A DNA stretch of 63,229 nt, the filler included, from Neoconidiobolus thromboides FSU 785 (taxonomy: Eukaryota; Fungi; Entomophthoromycota): NCBI GenBank assembly GCA_025603075.1. It is 5 parts of 5 records of this genome, joined end to end, with 100 filler letters (N's around TTAATTAATTAA, not from the genome) between each part and the next. Parts side by side here need not be neighbours in the genome. Positions count along the whole stretch, not along the records: positions 18,249 to 48,832 come from MU626486.1; positions 48,933 to 59,801 come from MU626645.1; 3 more parts are not named here. One strand, written 5' to 3'. Both the position numbers and the translations under genes were made by a program. Shown piece after piece: positions 37,053 through 49,963 of the stretch (its first letter is position 1; each line of letters begins with the position of its first letter). The notes under the pieces are model-generated. The model had not been told where the DNA came from, did not search any database, and saw only the letters and a list, made by a program, of their open reading frames with translations.

Positions 37053-38036
37053 ATGAATAATAGTACTCTCTCAACTCAAGTATCTTCTGAGCCCCCACAG
37101 ATAGTAGTAATAATACGAACCTATGTTTTATTTACTGAAGGCGTCTTATCTGTGCTATTAAATTTATTCGTGCTTGGGATAATTCTATACCGCCGAAGTT
37201 TATTATTTAATGTAAGCGGTATAGCGGTATTAGCCTTAACTTTATTAGATGCAGCTAATGCAGGAACCACTTTATATGGAAATATTCGATTTTTTATGAA
37301 AATTTTTGGCAATGGACCATATGATTGTCATATACGCGGTGCATCCACTGGTTTCTTTACTTTTTCTGCTATTTGGATGGTAGCCCTATTAGCATATTCT
37401 AGATATGATGCTATTATTTCAGCCAAAACCGGAAAAATGAAAACTACCTTATTCTGGGTTTTAGTTGGTGGCATCCCAATGGCTATTGTATTTGCATTTT
37501 GTGTTTCAGTTGGAGCTCAACTGAAGTTTTTCAAAATGCCAATTGGGAGATGTATGCTTGTAGATGCACTTCATAAGGAACCTTTGGTTATGACAGCTCA
37601 AATAGTATCATTAATCTTTCGAATTTTAACCTTAGTGGTAGTGACTTATTGTTACATTTATATTGCAACAGCACATAAAAAAGCAATTAAAAGAATGATA
37701 ACGACATCAAATTCTCAAGGATCTGAGAACAAATCCGTTGGATATCATCAAGAAATTAACGAAGTGGAAGTTAGAAGGATTAAACGTAAAGTTTACCTAA
37801 AGATATCTGTCATGTTATTCTTTTATTATCTTTGTTTACTTCCTACTATAGCTTATGAAATTTATGAGTTAAGCGCTTGGGAGGTACGTTCTATAGAGGC
37901 CGATGCTATTACGGCTGCTTTACTTATGTTTTTAGGTGTTATGAATCCATTGATGGTTCTTGTTTTACACGAACAGATTAAATTAGCTATGATAGAAATG
38001 TTTCAAAATTTATGCTATAAGATTTTTAGATCTTAA
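37053..38036 (+). CDS. Seven-transmembrane, class A (rhodopsin-like) GPCR
   Basis: Seven hydrophobic segments, TM1 LN, TM2 LxxxD, Cys at the top of TM3, AYSRY at the DRY position, basic long ICL3, TM6 CLLP, TM7 MNPL. First ATG is at 37053. Confidence 0.8.
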   Translation: MNNSTLSTQVSSEPPQIVVIIRTYVLFTEGVLSVLLNLFVLGIILYRRSLLFNVSGIAVLALTLLDAANAGTTLYGNIRFFMKIFGNGPYDCHIRGASTGFFTFSAIWMVALLAYSRYDAIISAKTGKMKTTLFWVLVGGIPMAIVFAFCVSVGAQLKFFKMPIGRCMLVDALHKEPLVMTAQIVSLIFRILTLVVVTYCYIYIATAHKKAIKRMITTSNSQGSENKSVGYHQEINEVEVRRIKRKVYLKISVMLFFYYLCLLPTIAYEIYELSAWEVRSIEADAITAALLMFLGVMNPLMVLVLHEQIKLAMIEMFQNLCYKIFRS

Positions 38037-39162
38037 TTCTTTATATTTTATATCTCGAATAAATAATATCACTAATTAAAGTTTGTTTTATAGTACATTT
38101 AGTTTATTATATATAAAGGTAGGAAAAAAGATTGAACTTAGATATTAAATGACTGTAATAGTTTCATTATTTTTTCTGCTACTCGTTGTATTGTGATTAA
38201 ACTTACTAAACTGAGCCAAAGTTTAAGGTAATGATAACAAATCAAGGTTCAGCTATGAATTTCGACTATTGTCTTGTTCCTATTATAGTTTAATTCCACT
38301 TTTCGATATTTTAATTTATTATTTCTTGCTTATGTCATTTTATCTATTAAACATATCTTTAACTTTAATAGGAATATAAACTTATTGGGTATATACTGTT
38401 GTGGTGTAAAATGGTTATCAAAAACTAGTTAAAAAATCATTTTTTCAAAGACTTCACATAAAATAGTATACAAGTTACTTAATAATCATATAGCATTTAG
38501 CAGCAGAAATAGCGTTCTAGAACCCAAAAGTTAGAATTAATAATAAGTCTCAATCTAATTGGGAAATTTATTTCGCTATCAAAATAATTATATGCATGCG
38601 GTTTATTGAGCATAAACCTTTAATTTACATTAGTATAGTTTATAGTAAATGGTTAAAAAAAACTTGCTTCTAAATATTATGCAAATTTCAAAAAATTGAA
38701 GATTTAATCTATTGGGTACTAACCAAATATTTTCGCCATTCAACTTTCAAGCCAAAGTAAAGTATGATTTAGACGAAGACAATCGTCAGACAGCTCAGTC
38801 GTGCAAAAACCTCTGTCCCAATTGAACTGTTTCTGCAAAACAAAGTTTGTCCTTTTAGACTAATATTTCTAAAAGTTTGGTACTCAAAGGGTAAACACAA
38901 GGATGTTTTTTTGTTTCATCTATTTGTTCACTTTTTATCTAATTTATGGTTTAAATTATAGGGAAGTACTTAAACAAAAAAACATTTACACAGCATCTAA
39001 TGATTAGAAGATTCAAGTATTATGATGATAGTCACAAGAACAAAAAATCTACAATGATTTTAGTTATACTGTTCATGGGATACATCATGCTTCTATTATT
39101 AAAATTGTACTGACTGTTAAAAACAATAGTTATTATTTTTACAGTAATTATAACTATAAAAT

Positions 39163-39262
39163 GGGGATGTGTTTTTGTATTTAAGAATTTTACTAGCAAT
39201 TTTTCCACTCAAATAGCGCTTAAAAGGTGGAAAAAGTAATGAAGCCAAAAAAAAACATCCCC
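39163..39262 (+). mobile_element. MITE copy, best-preserved (reference), AAAT TSD
   Basis: aaat|ggggatgtgtttttg...aaaaaacatcccc|aaat. Confidence 0.93.
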
Positions 39263-39474
39263 AAATGAATTTAATTTGCTAATCTAACTAGTGTTAAAAG
39301 TAAACTAAAGACTAGTTGGTATAACGACTAGCTAAATTAGCATCTTAAAACTAATGGATTTTATGATAATGTGATAAGGCTGTCTTCAATCGATAGAATA
39401 AGAATATATTATTTTGGTTTCGATGTAAATAGTATAAATAAGAACTAGTAGACTATCCATTTGTATATCAAAAA

Positions 39475-41355
39475 ATGAAATTACCATTAAGTTCTTTAAT
39501 AAGTTGGGATCTATTGATCTTAACTCAACTCATACTTGCTGAGAGTCAAAGGTATTAAGTTTTATTTACTTGAATGCCAATCACTAAACCTTTTAATACA
39601 ATAAGTATCCTAGCGGCCGAACCCAATTTCTATGAATCAAAAGTAGTCAAATATGATAATCATTGTGAAGTAATATTCAATGGACTGGTCCAACGTTATC
39701 ATGGACTGGATGAGAATTCACCAATTATTGTAAAAAAGGGGAAATTAGGTCATATTGAAAAGGGAAGTGAATTGATTGCTAGTCTAAACTATGACTTGTT
39801 TACTATCACAACCATTCATGAAGCTAATGTTAATCAAGAATTAGCTAAAGTATGTGGCAGTTTACCAATCATCTCTATTAATGGCAACGATAGCAATAAA
39901 ATAGTAGGTGATAACAGTCCAAGTTTACTTCCTAAAATGAACAAAACCGCCACTGAAGTAAGAAAACTTTTGATCAATGGAGATCCAAAGAATCGTATTG
40001 ATGTTGTATTTATGGGTGATGGTTACCAACTCTCTGAAAAACAAAAGTTTTTTACAGATATTGATTACTTAGTCAAAAAACTATTTGAAGGGGAAACTTT
40101 TAACTCTTATTTCCCCATTTATAATGTATGGGCTGTATTTGTAGAATCGCAAGATTCTGGTATAACCAAAGGAAATATCAAGAAAAATACGGCGTTTTCA
40201 TTGTACAGACCAGGTGAAGAGTTAAGAGCTATTTATTATCCAAATGATAGTATAAGTAAAGTTAATTCGTATTGTAAATTAACTGGTGATTTTGCTTGTG
40301 ATTATAAAGTAGTTATAGCCAATGATGAGTATTATGGTGGGGTTGGTGGAGATATCATTATATCAACTTCTTCAAAGCGTAGTGGCTCCATTGTATTGAA
40401 TCATGAAATGGGACATACCTTTGCAGAAGTTGGAGACGAATATGATAATTCATATGCTTATTATGGGGCCAACAGCGAGGAGGTCCAAAATTTCAATAGT
40501 ATTAAATGGAAACATTGGTTAACTAGCAACACTGTAAGAGAAGAACGTAATATTAATCGACTGCTGTTATACCCATGGTATAGTTTAAAGAATGGGCCTT
40601 TTGTAACCAATTTCACTTCAGATGGTAAGTTTAATCGCTGGTATTATAGAATTGGTATCTCTGGAGCAGCTGAAGAGGATAGTATTTCTATTAAAATTGA
40701 TGACATATCAATCCCTTGGAAATCTGCTAATACAATTGATCGTGTGTTTTATGATCATTTTAATAGTACCAACGGATTCAGCAAGGGACTTCATACATTG
40801 AATATCACAAGTACAAAGGATATACTAGATAATATGCCATTAAGAATGGTAACTTCTGTTACTCTACACGAGTATGGTACGGAACAAGAGTATAAATTTG
40901 AAGGTGAAAATTATTCTTTATATCCTACTTGGGATGATCACAATGTTAAAAGATATCGTCCAACGAATGAACATTGTGTTATGAGAAATATGACTTCATC
41001 AAAATTTTGTAAAGTGTGTAAAGAATCTCTTTGGCTGCAGTACCTTAAAAGATTGAATATCATTGATGATTTAACTGTTAGTAAAATGAACTCAAACATT
41101 ATTGTTAATTTGACTCCATTAGCTTTTGGTCCTTTCCGTAAAGATCCAGAGTTGTTTAAAGGCGAAAAGTTTATAATTAAATGGTATAAGAACAACGTAC
41201 AATTGAGTCAGTTTAATGATCAATTCAAATTAAGTTTAAGTAATATTAATTCTTACTACTCTGGAAATTGGACAGTCAAAGTACAGTTGATTACACCCGA
41301 AGTTAAAAAAGATGATACTCGCTTATTGTTTTCGGAAAAGAAATTTGTTATCTAA
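39475..41355 (+). CDS. Secreted M64 (IgA peptidase-like) zinc metallopeptidase; exons 39475-39551 and 39606-41355
   Basis: RIDVVFMGDGY, HEMGHTFAEVGDEY (HExxH), CVMRNMTSSKFCKVCKE. An upstream signal-peptide exon joins in frame over a 54-nt GT..ctaaac..AG intron, and tataaata lies at 39433. Confidence 0.85.
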
Positions 41356-41644
41356 TACATAATATATGCTTACTACAAATTAAGTTTTATATTTATATAT
41401 CATTTATCATTATGTTCAAAGATTACTTATCATTGTATTAAATATTATAAAAGTGGTTGGATTTAGACGTTTTTGTATATTTAATTTGTCATTAAATTTT
41501 TTTATGCGAAATTTGAAATCATATTGCTTAATAATTACTTATTTGCATTTAAAAAATTAGCAGCAAGTTACAAAACTGTCAAGCAATTAAACACAATCAA
41601 TTCTAGAATTTTTAACAACTTGTTATGGGCGTTTTATAATATTT

Positions 41645-41739
41645 GAGGATGTCACTTTGGGTTTATTGCTTTCTCCATTTTTTAAATGCTGTTAAACGGA
41701 AGCAATTTTACTAAATTTTTTAGACAAGACAGCTATCTC
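41645..41739 (-). mobile_element. MITE copy, highly degenerate
   Basis: attt|gaggatgt...ctatctc|attg with core ttctccattttttaaatgctgttaaacggaag. Confidence 0.55.
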
Positions 41740-44700
41740 ATTGTATTAAATTTTACGTTATATTAATGGAAAAAGAAATTAAGTAGAAAATTTTATTTTA
41801 AATTCTAACTGTTTTAAAATTAACATGTCGAAAAAATAAGCTACAAAAATATAGATCATTAACATTTGGCATTACCTTGACTAAAACAACATAATTAAAA
41901 AATCAATTGTAAAAATCAATTATTTACTTTATTGTATTTAGATATAAAAAATTCAAATATAGGGTGGCTCTTTATTGATTATAGCATATTAGCATTTAAA
42001 TAAGATATCATACTTGCGATATTTTTTGAACTTATTAACTATATCTAAAGTTCTTTAAAATTCTAAAGATTTTCTAATAAGCTTTGTAAAACCAACAATA
42101 TTCTATAACCATGATCTTAATTTAGCCCCCTAATTTGTTTCATTTAAGCTAATTACACACATCTTAACCTCATGTATCCTCAAAGCAAAGATTTTTTTAA
42201 CTTTGCTGAAGATCAGAAGTTTAAAGTATCTACACTATCTACAAATCACTAAATTGATACTAATAATTCAAACATGGTTCTACGACCAACTTTAATTTTT
42301 CTTATTCTAAAAAAGCATCGAGTCATTAAGGTAGCATAAGCTCTATACATTTCTGCAATATACCGATGAGTACTAAATAATATATGCTATTATTATTTAT
42401 TTATTTGCTAAATATTAGTCAATTAGCTTATACAAGCTTACAGACTATGACATATGATTTAATTAGCTAACAAAAGCAACTTTATTCTACCACATTCAGA
42501 AAAATATTTAGTTACTATTACTCAAATTTTGTTAGTAATTAATTATCTCTGATTGTTTAGTTTTACCTACCTCTTAATAGCAAATAGGTGAACTTATTAA
42601 CTTAAAAAACTAACAATTTTGTGTAAAATTGAGAATGTATTCTCACATACTAAATTTGCGATGAGTATGTTTTTAAATGAGTATACAATAAATATATATG
42701 ACTATATGATCTAGACCAGATGATACAATGGAAGTTATATTATTCTTAGGTACTGGAGTAAAATAAAATAATAAATGTTATGTTTGAAATATAGTATTTA
42801 TCAAAACTCTTAAAATTATTTGGAATATTGGAGTATAATTTAAGATACATGCCTAAAAGGACTATTACTTAGTTGATATCATCATTTATACTTTATAGTA
42901 GATATGTAATATATAACTTTTGATGTTTGTTTTATATTCTATATTTACTTAGCTTCTTGGCAGTTCAGCCCAAATTGTCATAACGGATTTTATTATTAAA
43001 ATCAAATAGATAAATAGCTTATTTAAATAGCTGGTTTCATAACAAAAGTACGTAGCCTAATTAAGGCTAATGTCCAAAGGATAATTTTCAAAATCTACAA
43101 GCCAAAGCAGTTTATTTGATAACTTTATTAACTCTAAACAAGGATAATAAAAGTGTAATGGAACCTTTATAATTTCATTTATCTCATTCTATATGTGACT
43201 TTAAATCCAATTGCTAATAACATAAAATTTGGCTATAGTAGTAAGCTCTATCAGTATCAAAGATATTCTTTATTAATTTATTTAATAGGTAAATTAGACT
43301 TTTTACCAAAGTTTAAAAATGGCATAAATTTTAATTATTCAGCCACTAAAGTGCTTAATTCATAAAATTTCAGCTTTAATGGCATATGTTGTAGCAAAAT
43401 TTATTTAGATCAAAAGTTGTGTTAATGTAATACATGATATTTTATCTAAATAAATTAAATGGTATAAATGCACACTTTTATAATAATTGATTTGCCTGTT
43501 AATCATACATAGAACTAATAAATAACTCGGAAGCATCCATATTAGTATAGTTCAATAGTATTTATTACTTTCGAAAGCAGGGATACCCACTGCTATGAGC
43601 TGATGCTTAAATCAAATAAACACACGTTAATATATAGAAAATTTTCCTCATTAGACAATAAAACAATTTTCAAAATTATAACTGCAGCTTACAACTCCTC
43701 ATTGTTTTATATTAGGGAGTGGTTTTTTAGAGTGTATTTTCACTTTTGTTCATAAGATAAGGAAAGTATAGGTTTTTACTTCAAAGTTTATAAAATTCGG
43801 CTTCTTTCCTATATTGGCAAGCTATAAATTTTGATTTGACTATAGGTTTATAAGTACCATTTATAATAATCAATTAAAAAACAGATACACTTATTGTTAT
43901 TCATTTAAACAAATGTTTTAAGCTCTTCATATATAACTAAAACTATCATTTATATAATTCTGAGCTTAAACAGCAGTTAGTAATCATAGTGATTTGATAT
44001 TGTGAATCGTTTTATTTAATAAACTCTATGGAAATAATTAGGTACTAGCGCGATGTTGAGTGCTTTTAGATATTACTTTAACTTGTTATAAGTTTAACTA
44101 GAATAATTATTTCTCCCAATTGTATAGCTTAAAATACTGCTATATTATGGTATAAATGAATGAAATAATTTTTTATGCCATACCTTCAAAATATTGTTTA
44201 GTTTATGTAGTTGGTCCCTAATCAATTTATTTGGGTAACCCATTAGCCGTAATACTAAATTATCGTTGGAAACTAAATGATTATTATTCGTTGTTTTGAT
44301 AATAACTTGTAATAGTTTATAAAAAAGATTAGTAGAGATATATAGCTACAATGATAAAGCTTTTGTTACACTACAATTTGCACTTTAGAAAAATTAAAGC
44401 CTAATTAAATATGATTATTAAAAATTTTAAAGATAAAAACCAGTCATAACCACTAATCTATGGTTTTTTCAGAATAAAGTTATATGCCATTTATGGAAAT
44501 ACTTAATACTTCTACTAACCTAAGATTAATACTGATTGGTTGTTTAACTGAAAAACATCCAAACCATATATACTCATCACAATAAGTCTAATAAGATTAA
44601 ATTAGGAAAAATAAAAAAAGAGTTTTTTATATTTATTTTTAATATAAGATTTAATGTTCGAACGTATACCATAAGAGTTTAGTTATAACAATTAAGAAAT

Positions 44701-45976
44701 TCCAATCAATCCCATTCAACATCAACTTGTAATATAGTTAGTCATAGTAAGTTAGTATTTTCAACTTTTAATCGATTGAAAAACTAAAAAGACTAATGAT
44801 TAAGCTAAAGTTAAAAATTAATAAATTACTATATACTTTAAAACTATCAAATCAGCAGTACAACAAACAAAACCTCTCAAATAAAAGTTGTTGACATTTT
44901 TTTAGATAATGTTCATTGAGGTGGAAAAAATCAATTACATGAAAGGTTTAAAACAGCGGTAAGATTCCACTATGGTGTCCTTAGTCTTTGCACAATATTT
45001 TTGGAATTTTAACGGCCAGGTGATCCTAGTTGTATAAGAGATACCTGTATATTTGATTGAAAAGGCACTATGTAAAGGCTGAAGACACCCATAAAGGACC
45101 TTACCAAAACAGCAAATAAAATCAAACTTAAAGCAAATTATAATAAATGCTCTCAGAAAGATTAAATAAAGATAGAAGATTGGCTATTAACTTTAACACA
45201 GAGCTTAAAAAACGGACACTAATATTTAAATGTATAAAATTATTTAATTTAAATTCGATCATCCATTTCGTAGTACAATTTAGCATCGTTAACTAGCCAT
45301 TTTCGATTTGGTATCTTTCCGCCAACTCAATTACTCCTAACATTAAATATTTTTCTACACCCATCTTTATAAAGAACTGTATTTTTTTTAGTAAATTAAC
45401 GAGCAGATTTATATAAAAAATCAGAAAAAGCATACTAATGTAGCATAATTAACTATTAGCTGTAAAACTCTGCTCCAAATTTCTTATGTATTGCTTATTT
45501 TGATAGTGTTATTATGATCATATTCAACACTGCCTTAGTGTTGTTTAAGGAAGGGAGCTTATTTTAGAAATAATCTTTTAAGATGCTGAAAGTATAGTTT
45601 AAAGCTTTCTTGTCAAGGTCAAGTAAAAAATAAGTGAGGATGGGAAATAAAGATTATTAAGAAACCAGTAAGGATTCCAAATTAATAGTTTTTCCTACAA
45701 CCTTTTTTGTTCACTTCTTTTTAATTGTTCTCTATCTTTCAATATCGTACAAATTGTTTATTAATTAAATGAATATTCATAACATGGATTTTAGACTTTG
45801 GAGGTTTTTTAAAAAAAAATTTCCAGTTAATTTTTCTATTTTTCCTCTCGCCAATAAATATTTTCTAAAAAAGGTGCATTTTTGATATAAATAAAGAAGC
45901 TCAATTACCGTTGCCATTTTATTAACTAAACTTTGATATAGAATAATTTGCTATTAATTAGGATTTGGGAAAAGGG

Positions 45977-45984
45977 TATATAAA
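45977..45984 (+). promoter_or_regulatory. Candidate TATA box of the homeobox gene
   Basis: gggTATATAAAtgg about 90 bp upstream of the ATG, in the same context as 34046. Confidence 0.4.
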
Positions 45985-46065
45985 TGGAGTTCAAGAATAG
46001 CATTTATTCTAAGAAAAATAGTCATCTTATTTAATTTTATTTTATTTATTTACCCATTGCAATAT

Positions 46066-46599
46066 ATGTTCAAATCTACTAAGAGCTATAAAACTTATAT
46101 CTTTAGTTTTTCATCTGATCCTAATAATAATAAGAATAAAATAAGAGATAATAAGAGTAGTAGTAGTGATAGTAAAGAAAAAAGAATCAGAAGCCTTTTA
46201 AAGAAAGAGAGACATAAAATTCTAGAATCAATATTTACTCTTAATCCATACCCTCCGAAAGACGCACGTAAAGAGATATCTCAACAATTACAAATGGATC
46301 CAAGAGAATTTCAAATTTGGTTTCAAAATCGTAGATGTAGGGAAAAGAAGAAGACGAGCCTAGTACCGATCAATACTGGGCTTCAATGGATAAATACTAT
46401 TGAAGAATCCCTTTTCTTAAAGCTTTCTTCAAGCCTATCACCCAAAACGAACAAAAGTAATACAACTTTCCCCTCTGTGCTATCATCTCAAAGTAATTTT
46501 GAATCAAACTCTAACATGATCCTTCATTCTATCCCTCCTTCCCCTCCATCTCCAACTAAGGGTGCAACAAGGATGAGTTTAAGCTATTTATTATTATAA
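46066..46599 (+). CDS. Homeodomain transcription factor, intronless
   Basis: ILESIFTLNPYP...RKEISQQLQM..REFQIWFQNRRCREKK, then an S/P-rich tail ending RMSLSYLLL. First ATG is at 46066. Confidence 0.9.
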   Translation: MFKSTKSYKTYIFSFSSDPNNNKNKIRDNKSSSSDSKEKRIRSLLKKERHKILESIFTLNPYPPKDARKEISQQLQMDPREFQIWFQNRRCREKKKTSLVPINTGLQWINTIEESLFLKLSSSLSPKTNKSNTTFPSVLSSQSNFESNSNMILHSIPPSPPSPTKGATRMSLSYLLL

Positions 46600-47481
46600 C
46601 TGTCATTTATTTACTGCTTATTTTTATCTATCACTTCTTAAATAAAATACGTAATTGTGCTACTAACTTTACCATGCTGAAATTTTCAGTTGCTTTAAAT
46701 ATATGCTAAAAATGCCTACAATAATATCTTGTTCATTTTTGTCCATATTTATGCAATAATGAAGTTGTAAAATTTATTATAAAGTTAAAAAAGACACCCC
46801 CATATAGAGTTTCTAGAGGTTTGGACTATTTCATCAAATATGGCTCTTTGTAACCGTTTACGTATTGTTTCAATTTATTGCAAAACTACAAAAGCCAAAT
46901 AAAGAGATAATACTAATAGATAGTTTATAAAACAAGCTTTGATTTTACAAGATTGCATATTGTGGTGTTGTGTATAACTATATAATAATGTACGATCTTG
47001 ATATTAAAATTCTTAAATCATGTAGTTTAATTTAACTCAATTGATTATTGGACAATAACTATTAACTGTAAATACCTTTATTTATGTGAGATAATAAAAG
47101 CATTTAAAAGGTAATTTATAATAATAATAAAAATGCAAAAAGTACTATATTGACCAGCATTTGTGACTCTATAAAAAGTAATTCCTTATGGTTATTTTTG
47201 GGGTATAATGAGGAATATAAGTCCTTTACCCGAAATGTTTAACAACCATTTTGGTCAGAAGTGTATAAGGGAAACACAATGGCAGTTACTAACGAAATTG
47301 TATTATTTGAAATTTCGTTTAAGCTTTACAAGTAGTAGCAAAGTAATTTAACTAAAACAAGTAGTATAAAAGGTATTGATACTTAGTCTATAATGTAAAA
47401 AATTAAATAGTAGATATCATAACTATCCATATATTAAAAGTTGAGTATAAGATAGCCTACAAGTCAAAGCAACTATTTCTT

Positions 47482-47553
47482 CTTCCTCACGGGGAATCGA
47501 ACCCCGGCCGTTCCGGTGAAAGCGGAAAATCCTAACCACTGGACCATGAAGAA
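47482..47553 (-). tRNA. tRNA-Glu (anticodon UUC), intronless
   Basis: The minus strand folds as a cloverleaf: acceptor TTCTTCA/TGAGGAA, D arm GTCC-AGTGGTTA-GGAT, anticodon arm TTCCG-CTTTCAC-CGGAA, T arm CGGGG-TTCGATT-CCCCG. Confidence 0.97.
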
Positions 47554-47710
47554 TATTATACTGTTAAAAACTAAACAAATAATTCATATTTAGTTTTCTA
47601 AAAACCAATAAATCCTTCTACACCCCTTTAATTAGATCAATTTTATTTTACTGGAATTTTTTGAAACAATTATTAATTAATGTATATATAGAAATTAACT
47701 TTTAATATAT

Positions 47711-48471
47711 GGGGTTGTCTGAATTAGTTTCATTATTTTATCCAATTTTTGAAAAATTTTATGTTTTAAAAACTTCGCTTAAAATTATATAAAATCACAT
47801 CTTTTATTAAAACAAAAGTACCCAAGCACAGTTTTAAATCATTCTATTATAGTTCATACTGAAGTTAGCTGAATTTTTACTAGATCTTAAATACGCGTTC
47901 TTATAAAGCTTTATTGAGAAATATTTATTATCAACTGCTTTATAACCAACATTGTAGATTTATTATCAAATAAATAAACTATTTTAATGCTACAATTACA
48001 TTATTAATATATTGCCAAGTTAATAAATAGCTGCATAGGAAGGAGCAGTCAGCCCCAAAACTATAATTAACCATCCCTATATAGTACAAGTAATAATCAT
48101 TTTTACATATTATTACAATTACTTGTTCTTTGACCACTTATTAACTTAGCTATTAATAACTTAAGTAATCTTAACATTTAACAATCTATTTCTATTATTC
48201 AACAAACTACTTACTTGCTTAGTAAATATGAAAAATTTTTAAATACTCTGTTGTTTTCGTAAGATAAGCTGAGATCGATCTTTTAATTTTTCTGTTTTCT
48301 ATAGACTCTATAACTTTAATTGGGACTATACCGCTTTTTCTTGATGTATCAGATGCTCGATAACAATGTAGATCATCGCTACGTTCAATAAAATGTAAAT
48401 ACTTCTTAATGCCTTATATCTCTATTATTTTTTTATATTTTTGTTTCTTTCGTATTTTTTAAAAATTATAT
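47711..48471 (-). mobile_element. Right-hand ~760 bp of a second Sola2-like element
   Basis: Reverse complement aligns continuously with ~15261-16022. Begins atat|ggggttgtctgaattagtttca. Confidence 0.88.
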
Positions 48472-48472
48472 T

Positions 48473-48832
48473 GGGGCTGTCCTAATTGGTTTCAGAGTTT
48501 ACTTAGAAATTAATCCAAATTTTAAATTTTTAAATTTGTGTCTAATGTGACGGTTAAATCTAAAAAGCCTAAAATTAAATCTCTCTACTTAAAACTTATT
48601 TTAATTGTTTCCTTTTCTTAAATAGCTAACTTTACTAATTATATATTTTATATTAGTTCTGTTAGATATTTAACAGATATATAATATATAGCTATATGAT
48701 TATATAATTATATAAATACAGTTATTTGACTTTATTTTTTGTTGAAATAGAAATAAAAATAAAATGCAAACTTTCATAACTAAACTTCGAAATGGAATTT
48801 TTGAAAACTTCAATACAATAGGGAGGAGTACA
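48473..48832 (+). mobile_element. Left end of a third Sola2-like copy with transposase start, running into gap
   Basis: ggggctgtcctaattggtttca aligns with 13436 onward. ATG 48764 opens MQTFITKLRNGIFENFNTIGRST (compare MQAFITKL at 13709), open to the gap. Confidence 0.8.
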
Positions 48833-48932
48833 NNNNNNNNNNNNNNNNNNNNNNNNNNNNNNNNNNNNNNNNNNNNTTAATTAATTAANNNNNNNNNNNN
48901 NNNNNNNNNNNNNNNNNNNNNNNNNNNNNNNN
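48833..48932. other. Artificial scaffold spacer
   Basis: 44 N + TTAATTAATTAA + 44 N. Confidence 0.97.
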
Positions 48933-49218
48933 CTTTTTTAAACTTATCATGTTGGGACTTTACTACTTCTGATACAATACCACCATTCATTGACTCACCA
49001 ACATTAAAAGCAGGGAAATAACTTTCAATGTCACTTGGTCTCATTCTTAAACGCATATAAGGGTCTACAGAGATATATAAATTGCGAACTAATAATTTAT
49101 CTTGGGATAGTTCTATGTTATCAAGATCAAGCTCTTCTTTAATAATCTCGAAATTCTCACTAGCATTTGGTAATCCAGTTGGACAGGCTTTATAAACTAC
49201 TTTTGTATTATTGACCAT
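48933..49218 (-). CDS. NADP-dependent alkenal reductase / prostaglandin-reductase-like MDR enzyme, N-terminal part, truncated by gap
   Basis: PTGLP...F...LLVRNLYISVDPYMRLRM...YFPAFNVGESMNGGIVSEVVKS. Confidence 0.9.
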
Positions 49219-49963
49219 ATTTTTATAAACAGATATAATTAAAAATGAATTATTGAGCTTTGTTTATATACTCTTTTCTGGAACATTTATAAACATACTG
49301 TTCTAATAATCTCATAATCTTTCATCAATCTGAATCTAAATTATGATGAAATTATTTGAAATTTATTCATTTTGATTACATCAAAAATACGACTGTCGCA
49401 GTTCTGTAAATTTTTGATGTCTTCTATAGTTTGTTAAAATGCATTTTAAAGCCGTGGGCTCTTGTAGTTTGATAAATTTTAGCGAAAATTTTATTCCTAA
49501 ATGAACAACTAAATATTCAAGAAAAGAACTAAAGAACTGTATTTTCTTAGCTATTTTAAGTAGATAAGACAACCTCTGATTTTAGATTTATCTTATTAAT
49601 GATACAAGGTTTTTTATATTATTAGTTAGGTTTATACAAATAAATCTTTTAACTAGATAGTAAATTTTTATATCAATAAAACTTTTTATAATATCAACAG
49701 GTTTTAAAGAAACAAAATTTTTTATATTGTTAATAGTATTTTATAATTTCATTGTAAATTGATAATTTAACATGATTGAACTAATACTTTTTTATTAATT
49801 AATTTAATTTATAGCATTATTACTTTGATTTAATAAGACTTTAATTAACAAATAAAAAACTCATAAACTTCCTATAAATATAATTTATTAAACCCTACTA
49901 TATCAATCATATTTGTGTACTCGGGGTTCTTTTCTCCTCCTTTAATTCATCTTCTTTTTCTTC

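Noticed and set aside
43950-45100. Possible decayed integrase on the minus strand (GYPNKLIRDQ, YGIKNYF, KKCQQ)
   Set aside because: Fragments lie in different frames among many stops. Plausible relic but not supportable by eye.
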